Shown here: positions 8,686-20,087 of the stretch, piece by piece
Position numbering within the stretch: the stretch's first letter is position 1
How the letters are laid out: every line of letters begins with the position of its first letter
Source of the DNA: an uncultured Gammaproteobacteria bacterium
GTDB taxonomy: Bacteria > Patescibacteriota > Patescibacteriia > Patescibacteriales > UBA12465
Length of the DNA stretch: 64,000 nucleotides
Assembly (NCBI GenBank): GCA_964639785.1
Contig: CAZXEE010000001.1
Coordinates: 115,832-179,831, forward strand
Direction of reading: 5' to 3'
Notes under the pieces: model-generated
Databases searched by the model: none
Told to the model about the DNA's origin: nothing
Seen by the model: the letters and a program-made list of their open reading frames with translations, nothing else
Program-made: the position numbers and the translations under genes

Positions 8686-11145
8686 ATGGCTAAAAACAAT
8701 AAGAAGAACGGCAATCCTCTGGATAAGATCGCTTTGCCGAAGGTTGATTTGGATAATCGAGCTAAGAACAGTATCGTTATTATTTTGATTGTGGCTTTGG
8801 GGCTAGTTAGCTTGCTGGGCCTTTTTAATCTGTCTGGCCGTTTCGGCTTGTTCCTATCTTCTAACCTGACCTTAGCTTTCGGTTGGGGCAAATGGGCTTG
8901 GCCTCTGCTTCTCTTAGCTTGGGGTTGGTTCTTGTATAAAGGAAAGCAATACCAAATTAATTTTTTTAATTATCTCGGTTTGTTCTGTCTCTTCGTTTCT
9001 TATCAAAGCCTTTTTCATTTTTTCTATTCGGCTGTTCGTTCCAAAGCGGTCATCGCTGAGGGATTAGGCGGCGGTTATGTCGGTTTTTATCTTTCTCTAT
9101 TCTTCAAGAACGTCTTGGGATTTTGGGGTGGCATGATCATCTTGATTGCTTTGTTTTTTGTTTCGCTAGTTTTGATGTTGAATACTCCTCTTTCCAGGAT
9201 CATCGGTGCGGAGAGCATCTTTGCGAAATTTTTTGCGAGTGCTAATTCGGTCATGAACCATCTCTTCTCTCGCCGTGATAGCTCTGAAGAGGAAATCGTT
9301 GAAGAAGAAGAGATTGAAGAAGAGGAAATCGAAGAACCGGAAGTGATTGAAGCTGCTCCAACCAAGGTTAGAAAGATAGAGGCAACAGAGGTTAAAGTGG
9401 AAAAACCGGCTAAAAAAGGTATCTTTTTCAAGCAAAAGGCTATCAAAGCTGAGCCGGAACCGAAAAATGTCTGGCACTCTAGAAACGTCAAGATTGATTT
9501 GCCTTTGGATCTTTTAAGTGCCAAAGTCGGGCAGGCCTTGGGCGGCGATATCGAGAAGAATGTCGTTGGCATCAAGCATACTTTAGAAAATTTCGGTATC
9601 CCGGTAGAGATGGCGGAAACTAGTGTGGGGCCGACTGTTACCCAATATACTTTCAAGCCGGCTGAAGGCATCAAGCTGTCTCGAGTTACCGCTTTGAATA
9701 ATGACTTGTCTTTAGCTCTAGCAGCTCATCCGATCAGAATTGAAGCCCCGATTCCGGGTAAGGCTTTGGTGGGTATCGAAGTTCCTAACAAGACTAAGGC
9801 AGTTGTCGGTTTGCGGGAGATATTGGAAGACAAAGCTTTCAAGACCAGGAAGAGCAATCTGATGGTGGCTTTAGGTAAAGATGTGGCTGGGGATAATTGG
9901 CTTTATGATGTGACTAAGATGCCTCATTTATTGGTGGCTGGTGCTACCAATTCCGGTAAGTCGGTCTGTTTGAATGCTATGATTGTCAGTCTGCTTTATC
10001 AGAACAGCCCTGACTCTTTGCGTTTTATCATGGTTGATCCGAAGAGGGTTGAGCTCCCGGCCTATAATGGCATACCTCATTTATTGACCCCGGTTATCAC
10101 TGAAGTCAGCAAGACTATCAATGCTTTGAAGTGGTGCATGAACGAGATGGATCGCCGCTATGACTTGTTGAATTTAAGCGGCAAGAAGAATATCCAGGCT
10201 CATAATGAAGTGGCTAAAGAGAAGATGCCATATATTATCTTTGTCATCGATGAATTGGCCGATTTGATGGTTACTGCTGCTAAAGATATCGAAGGCAGCA
10301 TCATCCGTCTGACTCAGATGTCTCGGGCTGTCGGTATCCATTTGGTTTTGGCTACCCAGCGTCCGAGCGTCGATGTCATCACCGGTTTGATTAAAGCCAA
10401 TATTCCGGCCCGAATCGCTTTTTCGGTGGCCTCAGCTATTGATTCCAAGACTATTTTGGATTGTTCCGGAGCGGAAAAGCTTTTAGGCAAAGGTGATATG
10501 TTGTTCAGCGCGGCTGAGATGTCTAAACCGAAACGTCTGCAAGGCGCTTTCTTGAGCGATGATGAGATCTCTCGGATTACTGATTATATTAAAGCCAATT
10601 ATGGCGAAGCTGAATATACCGAAGGGATTACTGACCGCCAGAAGGTTAATGGCCTGGCTGGTGTCGGATTGGACGGAAACCATGGCGATGAAGATGAGCT
10701 TTTGCAAGAGGCTAAGGAGATTATTATCAATATGGGAAGGGCTTCAACCTCTTTGTTGCAGCGCCGTTTGCGCGTCGGTTATGGCCGGGCTGCCAGCATC
10801 TTGGATGCCCTGGAAGAAGCCGGCATTATCGGACCATCGAATGGATCAAAGCCGCGAGAAGTGATGATTAGCAAAGAACAATTTGAGAGTATGAATAATC
10901 TTGGTCCGAGCGGTATGCCGCTTCATGATCGCCGTTCCGCCCAAGCTCCCGATAGTTATTTGGGTGAAGAAGAAGGTGACGACGGCACTTTAGCTTTTGA
11001 CAATGAAAGTGAAGAGGAAGAGGTGGGAGAAGAGGCAGAAATAGAAACAGAAACAGAAACAATTCAAGAAGAAAAAAAGGATAATCCAACATCGCTTCGG
11101 GCTTTTTCAGATGATGAAGACGAAGGCATGTTTTTTTCAAAATAA
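8686..11145 (+). CDS. ftsK: DNA translocase FtsK/SpoIIIE
   Basis: It has N-terminal TM helices, an acidic linker, Walker A GATNSGKS, Walker B FVIDELADL, and a C-terminal winged-helix (gamma) segment SLLQRRLRVGYGRAA. Confidence 0.92.
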   Translation: MAKNNKKNGNPLDKIALPKVDLDNRAKNSIVIILIVALGLVSLLGLFNLSGRFGLFLSSNLTLAFGWGKWAWPLLLLAWGWFLYKGKQYQINFFNYLGLFCLFVSYQSLFHFFYSAVRSKAVIAEGLGGGYVGFYLSLFFKNVLGFWGGMIILIALFFVSLVLMLNTPLSRIIGAESIFAKFFASANSVMNHLFSRRDSSEEEIVEEEEIEEEEIEEPEVIEAAPTKVRKIEATEVKVEKPAKKGIFFKQKAIKAEPEPKNVWHSRNVKIDLPLDLLSAKVGQALGGDIEKNVVGIKHTLENFGIPVEMAETSVGPTVTQYTFKPAEGIKLSRVTALNNDLSLALAAHPIRIEAPIPGKALVGIEVPNKTKAVVGLREILEDKAFKTRKSNLMVALGKDVAGDNWLYDVTKMPHLLVAGATNSGKSVCLNAMIVSLLYQNSPDSLRFIMVDPKRVELPAYNGIPHLLTPVITEVSKTINALKWCMNEMDRRYDLLNLSGKKNIQAHNEVAKEKMPYIIFVIDELADLMVTAAKDIEGSIIRLTQMSRAVGIHLVLATQRPSVDVITGLIKANIPARIAFSVASAIDSKTILDCSGAEKLLGKGDMLFSAAEMSKPKRLQGAFLSDDEISRITDYIKANYGEAEYTEGITDRQKVNGLAGVGLDGNHGDEDELLQEAKEIIINMGRASTSLLQRRLRVGYGRAASILDALEEAGIIGPSNGSKPREVMISKEQFESMNNLGPSGMPLHDRRSAQAPDSYLGEEEGDDGTLAFDNESEEEEVGEEAEIETETETIQEEKKDNPTSLRAFSDDEDEGMFFSK

Positions 11146-11156
11146 TAATCATTACC

Positions 11157-12617
11157 ATGGATAAAATATTCAATGTCGTTAAAAGATATTTGCCGAAAAA
11201 GGTTTTTGCTTCTTTGCAGCCGGCTTACCATTTTTTTCTTAGCTGGTTAGGGGCGATATTATATGGCCATCCGAGTGAAAACTTAATCGTGGTGGGAGTG
11301 ACCGGTACCACCGGCAAGACTTCCAGCGTTTTTTTGATCGCTAAGACATTGGAAGCGGCTGGGTACAAGGTCGGTTACACTTCGACCGCTATGTTTAATA
11401 ACGGCCAGAAAGAGTGGTTGAATGACAAAAAAATGACGATGATCGGCCGTTTCTTTACCCAGAAGATATTGCGCCAGATGGTGAGCAATAAGTGCCAATA
11501 TGCCATTATTGAAACCAGTTCGGAGGGAATCAGACAGTTCCGCCATCGTTTCATAAATTATGATATCCTCATCTTCACTGGCCTTTATCCGGAGCATATC
11601 GAATCTCATGGCAGCTTCGAGAACTACAAACAGGCCAAGGGAAAATTGTTTGCCCATTTGAAGAATTGCCAGACTAAGTATGTCGATGATTACAAGATCA
11701 TCCATCATCCGAAAACAGAATTGAAAAAGTTGAATTACAATCGGGTTAAGAAGACTATCATTGCTAATTATGACGATGCTGAGGCTAATTATTTTCTCAG
11801 TTTCTGGGCGGAACAGAAAATCGGTTATACTTGCGGCGTCCATAGCGACAAATCGGAGGAACTGAGCTACAACGAAGAGATCAAGCAGAGTATTGAATTG
11901 GTAAAATGCGATAATATTTCAGTTTCCGGCCAGGGAACTGCTTTTGATGTTTTCTTGATGTCTGATTTTTTTGCAGCTCACAATAAGGACCGCAAGAATA
12001 TTAATATCAAATTGAATCTTCTAAGCGATTTCAGTGCTGTTAATGCTATGACAGCCGTGGCTACCGGCCTCAGCCAGGATTTGAGCTTGGCTCAGGTCAA
12101 GAAAGGGTTGGAAAACGTCAAAGGTATTACCGGCCGTTTAGAAATGATTAATGAAGGCCAGAATTTTACGGTCGTAGTCGATTACGCTTTTGAGCCTAAG
12201 GCGGTTTCCAAGCTGTATGAGGCTATCAAACTTATCCCTCACAACAAGATTATCCATGTTCTCGGTTCAGCCGGGGGTGGAAGGGACAAGGCTAGAAGGC
12301 CGATATTAGGCGGATTAGCAGGAAAAAATGCCGACTATGCTATTATTGCCAATGAAGACCCGTATGATGAAGATCCTCTAGTTATCATGGAGGAGGTTTC
12401 TTTGGGGGCGGAAAAAGAAGGAAAGATAGAAAATAAGGACTTATTCAAGATTTTTGACCGAAGAGAGGCTATCAAGAAGGCTTTGAGTCTGGCTGAAGCC
12501 GGAGATATTGTCTTGATTACCGGAAAAGGCAGCGAACAAGCCATCTGTATGGCCAAGGGAGAAAAGTTGCCTTGGGATGATCGCCGGGTGGTTCGGGAAG
12601 AACTTCTAAAACTCTAG
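11157..12617 (+). CDS. murE: Mur ligase family, MurE-like UDP-MurNAc-tripeptide synthetase
   Basis: It has the P-loop GVTGTTGKTS and the Mur ligase middle and C-terminal domains (GSAGGGRD, ITGKGSEQ). Confidence 0.7.
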   Translation: MDKIFNVVKRYLPKKVFASLQPAYHFFLSWLGAILYGHPSENLIVVGVTGTTGKTSSVFLIAKTLEAAGYKVGYTSTAMFNNGQKEWLNDKKMTMIGRFFTQKILRQMVSNKCQYAIIETSSEGIRQFRHRFINYDILIFTGLYPEHIESHGSFENYKQAKGKLFAHLKNCQTKYVDDYKIIHHPKTELKKLNYNRVKKTIIANYDDAEANYFLSFWAEQKIGYTCGVHSDKSEELSYNEEIKQSIELVKCDNISVSGQGTAFDVFLMSDFFAAHNKDRKNINIKLNLLSDFSAVNAMTAVATGLSQDLSLAQVKKGLENVKGITGRLEMINEGQNFTVVVDYAFEPKAVSKLYEAIKLIPHNKIIHVLGSAGGGRDKARRPILGGLAGKNADYAIIANEDPYDEDPLVIMEEVSLGAEKEGKIENKDLFKIFDRREAIKKALSLAEAGDIVLITGKGSEQAICMAKGEKLPWDDRRVVREELLKL

Positions 12618-12639
12618 GATATTGTGGATAAACTGTGGA

Positions 12640-12668
12640 TTGACAAAAGTCAAATAATATAATATTAT
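12640..12668 (+). promoter_or_regulatory. Candidate sigma70-type promoter for rpoBC
   Basis: TTGACA (12640-12645), a 17-nt spacer, then TATTAT (12663-12668). This would give a leader of about 190 nt. Confidence 0.3.
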
Positions 12669-12862
12669 TAATATTACTTTTAAACAGTTAATTTTTTAAA
12701 AGTGATTAATTATTCCAAATAACTCAAAGCTGTCTAAACTCAAGCCCAGGTTGGTATTGGGATTTTTTTGTTGCTAGCTATTTTTTAGCTTACTTTACCT
12801 CATTTTTCACTACTTTAAATAATAAATAACAGCTGTCCCTGCACCTCCACTGGAAGGGAGGG

Positions 12863-15800
12863 GTGGCTCTATCAAATATGGCCAATACTACGATCACACC
12901 GCATTCACTCAAGTTAGGTGAACGCCGTTTCTTTACCGACTCTAAAGAGTCAATTCCCATGCCGGATTTGATTGAGATTCAAAAGGACTCTTATAAATGG
13001 TTTTTAGATGAGGGCCTGGCTGAACTTTTTGATGAGATTTCCCCGATCACTGATTTTAATAATCGTGATCTAGAGTTGTATTTTGAAGATTATTATTTAG
13101 ACAAACCAAAATTTAGCGAAGTGGAGAGCCGTGCCAAGAATATCACCTATGAATCTCCTCTACGCGTCAAAACTACTTTATTAAACAAGAGAACTGGCCA
13201 GAAGATCAAACAGGAAGTCTTCTTAGGTGATTTCCCGCTCATGACCGACAAAGGTACTTTCATTATCAATGGTATTGAAAGAGTTGTTGTTTCCCAGTTA
13301 ATCAGATCAGCTGGTGTGATGTTTACTTCCGACTTCATCAAAGGCAAGAAATATTATGGTGCTAAGATTATTCCGAACCGTGGTGCTTGGTTAGAAATTG
13401 AAACCGATCCTAACAAGGTTATCTGGGTTAGAATCGACCGCAAGAGAAAGGTGGCTGTAACTTCTTTGATGAGAGCTTTCGGTATCGTGACTGATGAAGA
13501 AATCAAGAAGCTTTTTGTCGACGTCGATGTCGTTAAGGGTGAGGATGACATTAGTTATATCGATGCTACTTTGGCTAAGGATGCTTCTCATGATGAAGCT
13601 GAAGGTTTGCAGGAAGTATATCGCCGTATCCGTCCGGGTGATTTAGCTACGGCTGAAAATGCCCGCTCTTTGATCCACTCCATGTTCTTCCGTTTTGACC
13701 GTTATGATTTTGGCCGCGTCGGTCGTTACAAATTGAACCGCCGCTTTAGCGAGAATCTGCCGATCAATAAAGAAAACAGAATTTTGCGCCATGAAGATTT
13801 GGTAAATATCGTCCGCGAAGTTATTAAATTGAATATTACTAAAGGTGAAGAAGATGATATTGATCACTTAGGCAATCGCCGTGTGAGAGCTATCGGCGGC
13901 TTGATCCAGAATCGTTTCCGCGTCGGTTTAGCTCGTATGGAAAGAATCATCAAAGATAAGATGAGTACTTCTGATATCAGCACTCTGACTCCGAATAAAT
14001 TGATCAATGCCCGTCCGGTTATCGGCGTCGTCAAGGAATTCTTCATGTCTTCCCAGCTTTCCCAGTTCATGGACCAGACTAATCCTCTGGCTGAATTGGA
14101 ACACAAGCGCCGTCTATCCGCTATGGGTCCGGGCGGTTTGACCAGGGAAAGAGCTGGTTTTGATGTCCGTGATGTACACACCACTCACTATGGCCGTATC
14201 TGTCCGATTGCTACTCCGGAAGGTCCGAATATCGGTTTGGTCGGTCACTTATCCAGCTATTCCAGATTGAATAGCTATGGTTTCTTGGAAACTCCATATC
14301 GGAAAGTAAAGCATGAGAAAGGCAAGCACTCCGTTACCAATGAAATCATCTACTTAGACGCTTTTGAAGAAGAAAAATATATTACAGCTGATGCTACCAT
14401 CCCGCTTGATGGCAATGGTAACTTTTTGGTTAGCCGTTTCGATGTCCGTAAGTTCGGCAAGCCGGCAACCGAAGATGTCGAGAATATCGATTTAATCGGC
14501 GTTGCCGCTAATCAGATCATCTCTATCGCTACTTCCTTAATTCCTTTCATGGAACACAATGATGGTCAACGGTCTTTGATGGGCACTAACATGCAACGTC
14601 AAGCCGTGCCTTTGATTAAGGCTGAAGCTCCGATTGTCGGAACCGGTGTCGAAGCTCGGGCAGCCCGCGATAGCGGCCATGTCATCATCGCTGAAGAAGA
14701 TGGCGTGATCACTAAAGTCGACGCTTCTGTCATCGAAGTCGAGAATAAGAAAGGCAAAGTTACTCATTATAACTTAAACAAGTTCTTGCGCTCTAACTCT
14801 TTAACCTGCATCAACCAGCATCCGTTGGTCAATGTCGGTGATAAAGTAAAGAAGGGCGATGTTATGTCTGACGGTCCGTCTATTGATAATGGCGAACTGG
14901 CTTTAGGTCGGAACGCTTTGGTCGCTTTCATGACTTGGGAGGGTTATAACTATGAAGATGCTATCATCATTTCAGAAAGATTAGTGAAGGAAGATGTCTA
15001 TTCTTCCGTTCATATTGAAAATTATACTATTGATGTCCGCGATACCAAGCTGGGTCCGGAGATCATTACTAACGATATCCCTAATATCTCGGAAGAGAAA
15101 TTGAAGAACTTGGATGAAGACGGCATTATCCGGATCGGCGCTGAGGTTTCTTCCGGTGATATCTTGGTCGGAAAGATCACTCCTAAAGGTGAAACCAAGT
15201 TAAGCGCAGAAGAGAAATTATTACGGGCTATTTTCGGTGAAAAGGCTAAGGATGTCCGCGATTCATCTTTGTATTTGGAACATGGCGAACACGGCAAGGT
15301 GGTCGATGTGAAGATTTTCTCTCGGGAAGAAGGCGATAAGCTTTCTACCGGAGTCTTGAAATCTATCCAGGTTTCAGTGGCTAACTTGAGAAAGATCCAG
15401 GTTGGCGACAAGATGTCCGGCCGTCATGGTAACAAAGGTGTTATTTCCAAGATCGTTCCGGTAGAGGATATGCCTTACATGGAAGATGGTACTCCAATCG
15501 ATATCATCTTATCCCCTTTGGGTATTATCTCTCGTATGAACTTGGGCCAATTGCTCGAAACCCATATGGGATTTGCTGCTAAGAAATTAGGCTATCGCGT
15601 TGCTACCCCGGCTTTGAACGGCTTACAAGAAGAAGATATTAGAAGCGAATTGAAACGGGCTGGTTTGCCGGAAGATGGAAAGGTTAAATTGCATGATGGC
15701 AAGACCGGTGATGCTTATGACCATACGATTACTGTCGGTATCAAATATGTCTTGAAACTTAACCATATGGTTGAGGATAAGATCCATCAGAGATCTATCG

Positions 15801-16261
15801 GTCCATACTCTTTGATCACCCAGCAGCCTTTGGGAGGTAAAGCCCAATTCGGTGGACAGAGATTCGGTGAGATGGAAGTCTGGGCTCTTGAAGGTTATGG
15901 TGCAGCCCATACTTTGCAGGAAATCTTGACTATCAAGTCAGATGACGTTACCGGTCGTTCCAAGGCTTATGAAGCTATCATCAAGGGTGAAGAGATCCAG
16001 AAGCAGAACGTTCCGGAATCATTCAACGTTTTAGTCTCAGAACTTAAAGGCTTATGCTTGAACGTCGAGTTGTTAGGAGGCACTCCTAGATTGACCGAGG
16101 AAGAAGAATTAGAAGCCCAAGCAAGAGGCGAAAAGATATTAGAAGCTGAAAACGTCGAGTCAGCTAATGACATCTCTGATGAATACAAGGCTATGACTGA
16201 AAAGAATAATCTGGCTCCGGAAGAAATCTCAGGCCTATCGGTTATCAGTGATGAGGAATAA
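12863..16261 (+). CDS. rpoB: DNA-directed RNA polymerase subunit beta
   Basis: Rpo beta similarity runs the full length (e.g. [43 protein letters not shown]). The start is ambiguous between GTG 12863 and ATG 12878. Confidence 0.97.
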   Translation: MALSNMANTTITPHSLKLGERRFFTDSKESIPMPDLIEIQKDSYKWFLDEGLAELFDEISPITDFNNRDLELYFEDYYLDKPKFSEVESRAKNITYESPLRVKTTLLNKRTGQKIKQEVFLGDFPLMTDKGTFIINGIERVVVSQLIRSAGVMFTSDFIKGKKYYGAKIIPNRGAWLEIETDPNKVIWVRIDRKRKVAVTSLMRAFGIVTDEEIKKLFVDVDVVKGEDDISYIDATLAKDASHDEAEGLQEVYRRIRPGDLATAENARSLIHSMFFRFDRYDFGRVGRYKLNRRFSENLPINKENRILRHEDLVNIVREVIKLNITKGEEDDIDHLGNRRVRAIGGLIQNRFRVGLARMERIIKDKMSTSDISTLTPNKLINARPVIGVVKEFFMSSQLSQFMDQTNPLAELEHKRRLSAMGPGGLTRERAGFDVRDVHTTHYGRICPIATPEGPNIGLVGHLSSYSRLNSYGFLETPYRKVKHEKGKHSVTNEIIYLDAFEEEKYITADATIPLDGNGNFLVSRFDVRKFGKPATEDVENIDLIGVAANQIISIATSLIPFMEHNDGQRSLMGTNMQRQAVPLIKAEAPIVGTGVEARAARDSGHVIIAEEDGVITKVDASVIEVENKKGKVTHYNLNKFLRSNSLTCINQHPLVNVGDKVKKGDVMSDGPSIDNGELALGRNALVAFMTWEGYNYEDAIIISERLVKEDVYSSVHIENYTIDVRDTKLGPEIITNDIPNISEEKLKNLDEDGIIRIGAEVSSGDILVGKITPKGETKLSAEEKLLRAIFGEKAKDVRDSSLYLEHGEHGKVVDVKIFSREEGDKLSTGVLKSIQVSVANLRKIQVGDKMSGRHGNKGVISKIVPVEDMPYMEDGTPIDIILSPLGIISRMNLGQLLETHMGFAAKKLGYRVATPALNGLQEEDIRSELKRAGLPEDGKVKLHDGKTGDAYDHTITVGIKYVLKLNHMVEDKIHQRSIGPYSLITQQPLGGKAQFGGQRFGEMEVWALEGYGAAHTLQEILTIKSDDVTGRSKAYEAIIKGEEIQKQNVPESFNVLVSELKGLCLNVELLGGTPRLTEEEELEAQARGEKILEAENVESANDISDEYKAMTEKNNLAPEEISGLSVISDEE

Positions 16262-16298
16262 GTCGATCCTAATTATTTATTAAACCATAATTAAACAT

Positions 16299-19200
16299 AT
16301 GCTTAATCCTATAAAAACCAGCGATTTCGACGCCATCCGCCTCAAACTGGCTTCTCCGGAAGAGATCCTTTCCTGGAGCCATGGCGAAGTCATCCGTCCG
16401 GAAACCATTAACTACCGTACTCAGAAACCGGAAAAGGACGGTTTGTTCTGCGAACGCATCTTCGGTCCGACCAAGGACTGGGAGTGTGCTTGCGGCAAAT
16501 ACAAAAAGATCCGTTACAAAGGCGTAGTTTGCGATAAGTGTGGAGTTGAAGTTACCCGTAGCGTTATTCGTCGCGAACGGATGGGCCACATCACTTTGCA
16601 GGTTCCGACTACTCATGTTTGGTTCTTGCGCGGCCTTTCTTCCAAGATCGGTTTGATCTTGAATTTGAGCATCCAGTCTTTGGAAAAGGTGGTTTACTTT
16701 GCTAACTTCATCGTCACTGATGTTGACGAAGACTTGAAAGAGGCTACTTTGGATCAGATCAAGCGGGAATATAAGAGCAAGAAGAAGAATATCGAAGATG
16801 CTTATGACCGTGAATACAAAGAAGCGGCTGATAAGGCGGCTAAGGACCAGGCTTTGAAGATGAAGGAGGAAAAGATGACCAGCTTGGATACTGATTTTGA
16901 AGAAACCAAGACTGAATTGAAAGAATTAAAACCGTTATTGATAATCACCGAACAAGAATATCAGACTTTGAGTATGAAATTCGGCCATCTGTTTGAGGCC
17001 GGTATCGGTGCTGATGCTGTCAGAAAATTATTATCCAAGATTAATCTGGATAAGAGCGTTAAGAAATTAGAAGAGAAGTTAGAAGGCGCTCAGGATGCCA
17101 AGAAGGAAAAATTAGTTAAGCGCTTGAAGCTTCTGAAGAATTTTAGAAATAATAATATCCGTCCGGAATGGATGGTATTGAATACTATCCCGGTTATCCC
17201 TCCAGATTTGAGACCGATGGTCGCTTTGGATGGCGGTCGTTTTGCCGCTTCCGACTTGAATGATCTCTATCGTCGCGTTATCAACCGTAACAATCGCTTG
17301 AAGCAATTGATCGATTTGAACGCTCCGGAAGTTATCTGCCGTAATGAAAAGAGAATGTTGCAGGAAGCGGTTGATTCTTTATTGGATAACTCCTCCCGCA
17401 ATACTAAGACCGTTACCGCTTCTACCGGCCAGAAGAGACAATTGAAATCTTTGGCTGACACCTTGAAAGGTAAACAGGGTCGTTTCCGTCAGAACTTATT
17501 AGGTAAGCGCGTTGATTATTCCGGCCGTAGCGTTATCGTCGTTAACCCTAAATTGAATTTAGACCAATGTGGTTTGCCAAAAATCATGGCTTTGGAATTG
17601 TTTAAGCCGTTCATCATTTCTAAATTGATTAAGGCGGAAATCGTCCACAATGTTCGAAGCGCTTCCCGTTATATCGATGCCGGTCATGATGAGGTTTGGG
17701 ATATCTTGGAAGAAATCATCAAGGGCGCTTATGTCTTGTTGAATCGTGCTCCTACCCTTCATCGCTTAGGTATTCAGGCTTTCCGCCCGGTCTTGATCGA
17801 AGGTAAGGCTATCCAGATCCATCCTTTGGTTTGTACCGCTTTCAACGCCGACTTCGATGGTGACCAGATGGCTGTTCATGTTCCATTGACTAAGGAGGCT
17901 GTAGCTGAAGCTCGTGATATCATGTTGTCTTCCCATAACTTGCTTAAACCGGCTACCGGCGATCCGATCGTTACTCCTTCTCAGGATATCGTTTGGGGTG
18001 CTTATTACATCACTTTCAGCGATGAAAGTTTCAATACTAAGGATGACAAGGAATTGCATGCTTTCTATAGTGAAGATGATGCCATCTTAGCTTATGAACA
18101 CCGTTTCATCGGTTTGCATGAACCGATCCGGGTCAAGTTCGAAGATAAAGGCTTGGTCAGGACTACTGTCGGCCGTGTTATCTTAAACACTATCATTCCG
18201 GAGAAATTGAAGTTTATCAATGAGGTGGTTGGCAAGGGAAAATTGAAGACTTTGATCCGTGAATGTTTAGCAATTTATGGCGAGAATGAAACTGTAAAAT
18301 TCGTTGATGACTTGAAGAATAAGGCTTTTGACTTCATTACTAAATCAGGCTTGTCTTGGGGCTTCGGCGATCTGCCGGATCTGCCAGAGAAAGATGCCTT
18401 GATTGAGAAAGCAGCTGTAGAAGTTGACAAGATTAGAGAGCAATATGAAGAAGGTTTACTGACCGAGAGCGAACGTTATGGCAAGGTGATCGAAACTTGG
18501 ACTAATGCTAAGGAATCCATCGCTGATATTTGTAAGAAGAGCTTGGTCGGCGTCTTGCCTTTGTATTCTATGATTGAATCCGGTGCTCGTGGATCTTGGT
18601 CTCAACCGGTTCAGATTCTAGGTATGAAAGGTTTGGTGACCTCTCCTTCCGGTGCTATTATCGAATTGCCGGTTAAGGGAAATTTCAAAGAAGGTTTCGG
18701 CGTTTTGGAATACTTTATCTCCACTCACGCTACCAGAAAAGGTTTGTCCGATACCGCTTTGCGTACCGCTAATGCCGGTTATCTGACCCGTCGTTTAGTC
18801 GATGTGGCCCAGGATGTGATCGTTACTGAAGAAGATTGCGGCGATACCGAAGGTTTGGTCTTCAATAAGAAAGAATGTGAGGATAATGGCGAAGATTTCT
18901 TCAAGAAGATCTCTGGCCGTTATTTAGCTAAGGATCTGTTGGATGCTAAAGGCAAGGTATTGCTGGAAGCCGGAGCTATCTTGGATGAAGACGCTATCAA
19001 GTCCATCAAATCAGCCGATATCAATGAAGCTTGTGTCCGTTCCGTTCTGAGCTGCCATTTGCATAAAGGCATCTGTGCTCATTGCTATGGCCATGACTTA
19101 GCTTACAACAAAGAAGTTAAGCTAGGAACTACTGTTGGTATCATTGCCGCTCAATCGATCGGTGAACCTGGTACTCAGTTGACTATGAGAACCTTCCATA

Positions 19201-20003
19201 CCGGTGGTGTGGCTGGAGCTGACGATATTACCCAAGGTTTGCCTCGTGTGGAAGAAATTTTCGAAGCTCGTCCACCGAAGAAGAAAGCTTTGATTTCCGA
19301 TGTTGATGCTACTATCAAGATTGAATTCGGTCAGAAAGTTATTAAAGACAAGGATGGTAAGGAGATTATGGTTAATAGTTCCCAGGATAAGGTCTTGAAG
19401 CTTTGCTACACTGTTAAGGATGAAAAAGGCAAGGAAGAAGAGGCTGTCCAGGAATTCATCATCCCTCGCGGTACTATGATCTGGGTCAAGGATGGCGACA
19501 AGGTCAAGAAAGGTGATCGTCTGACTGAAGGTAGCTTCAACTTGAAAGAATTGTATGAACTTTGCGGCCGTTTGGAAACTCAGAAATACATCATCAAGGA
19601 AATTCAATATGTTTACTCTTCTCAGGGCCAACCTTTGAACGACAAGCACGTTGAAGTTATCGCTCGCCAGATGTTCTCCCGCCATTTGATCAAAGATACC
19701 GGAGATACTACTTTGCTTCCGGGTGAAGTAGTGGAAGAAGAAGTCTTGTTCGAGGCTAATAAGTCAGTCAAGAAACCAGCTGAAGCTTCCCGTTTGCTCT
19801 TGGGTATTACCAAGACCTCCCTTTCTACCGACAGCTTCTTGTCAGCCGCTTCGTTCCAAGAGACCCCTCGAGTCTTGATCGAAGCTGCCGTTTCCGGCAA
19901 GATCGATTACTTGGAAGGCTTGAAAGAGAATGTCATTATCGGTTGCTTGATTCCTTCAGGAACCGGTTACAAGGGCAAGAAAAAGAGAGAGATTTATCAA
20001 TAG
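16299..20003 (+). CDS. rpoC: DNA-directed RNA polymerase subunit beta'
   Basis: It has the zinc-finger CxCGKY..CxxCGVE, the catalytic NADFDGDQMAVH motif and bridge-helix/trigger-loop regions. Confidence 0.97.
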   Translation: MLNPIKTSDFDAIRLKLASPEEILSWSHGEVIRPETINYRTQKPEKDGLFCERIFGPTKDWECACGKYKKIRYKGVVCDKCGVEVTRSVIRRERMGHITLQVPTTHVWFLRGLSSKIGLILNLSIQSLEKVVYFANFIVTDVDEDLKEATLDQIKREYKSKKKNIEDAYDREYKEAADKAAKDQALKMKEEKMTSLDTDFEETKTELKELKPLLIITEQEYQTLSMKFGHLFEAGIGADAVRKLLSKINLDKSVKKLEEKLEGAQDAKKEKLVKRLKLLKNFRNNNIRPEWMVLNTIPVIPPDLRPMVALDGGRFAASDLNDLYRRVINRNNRLKQLIDLNAPEVICRNEKRMLQEAVDSLLDNSSRNTKTVTASTGQKRQLKSLADTLKGKQGRFRQNLLGKRVDYSGRSVIVVNPKLNLDQCGLPKIMALELFKPFIISKLIKAEIVHNVRSASRYIDAGHDEVWDILEEIIKGAYVLLNRAPTLHRLGIQAFRPVLIEGKAIQIHPLVCTAFNADFDGDQMAVHVPLTKEAVAEARDIMLSSHNLLKPATGDPIVTPSQDIVWGAYYITFSDESFNTKDDKELHAFYSEDDAILAYEHRFIGLHEPIRVKFEDKGLVRTTVGRVILNTIIPEKLKFINEVVGKGKLKTLIRECLAIYGENETVKFVDDLKNKAFDFITKSGLSWGFGDLPDLPEKDALIEKAAVEVDKIREQYEEGLLTESERYGKVIETWTNAKESIADICKKSLVGVLPLYSMIESGARGSWSQPVQILGMKGLVTSPSGAIIELPVKGNFKEGFGVLEYFISTHATRKGLSDTALRTANAGYLTRRLVDVAQDVIVTEEDCGDTEGLVFNKKECEDNGEDFFKKISGRYLAKDLLDAKGKVLLEAGAILDEDAIKSIKSADINEACVRSVLSCHLHKGICAHCYGHDLAYNKEVKLGTTVGIIAAQSIGEPGTQLTMRTFHTGGVAGADDITQGLPRVEEIFEARPPKKKALISDVDATIKIEFGQKVIKDKDGKEIMVNSSQDKVLKLCYTVKDEKGKEEEAVQEFIIPRGTMIWVKDGDKVKKGDRLTEGSFNLKELYELCGRLETQKYIIKEIQYVYSSQGQPLNDKHVEVIARQMFSRHLIKDTGDTTLLPGEVVEEEVLFEANKSVKKPAEASRLLLGITKTSLSTDSFLSAASFQETPRVLIEAAVSGKIDYLEGLKENVIIGCLIPSGTGYKGKKKREIYQ

Positions 20004-20024
20004 GGTTTGATATAAATAGCAAAA

Positions 20025-20048
20025 AGGCGCCTTGATCGGCGCTTTTTT
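20025..20048 (+). terminator. Rho-independent terminator after rpoC
   Basis: The stem GCGCC / GGCGC (20027-20031 / 20038-20042) is followed by a T6 run. Confidence 0.55.
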
Positions 20049-20087
20049 GTTATGGTAATTTCTGGTATAATAATATTATCTCAATCT

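Noticed and set aside
9087-9674. A 195-aa and a 103-aa minus-strand ORF lie inside ftsK.
   Set aside because: They are antisense to the ftsK linker and domain region. The Ser/Ile-rich translation mirrors the acidic EEEI linker on the other strand.
9290-11075. GAA/GAG-rich tracts in ftsK, including (GAAACA)x3 at about 11041-11060.
   Set aside because: They encode acidic low-complexity linkers and tails (EEEIEEEE, ETETET). They are in-frame, and I have no evidence of a function beyond that of a linker.
11283-11843. A 186-aa minus-strand ORF lies inside murE.
   Set aside because: It is antisense to a Mur ligase with intact motifs and has no recognisable features.
13147-16188. About ten 60-130 aa minus-strand ORFs lie inside rpoB (e.g. 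13864-14184, 15022-15411, 15623-15910).
   Set aside because: They are nested antisense to a full-length, strongly conserved rpoB. Their translations are low-complexity or unrecognisable. They are typical shadow ORFs.
16269-19900. Minus-strand ORFs overlap rpoC (16269-16616 at 115 aa, 19122-19685 at 187 aa, and others).
   Set aside because: They are antisense shadows of a conserved gene. They have no motifs and no independent start or terminator signals.
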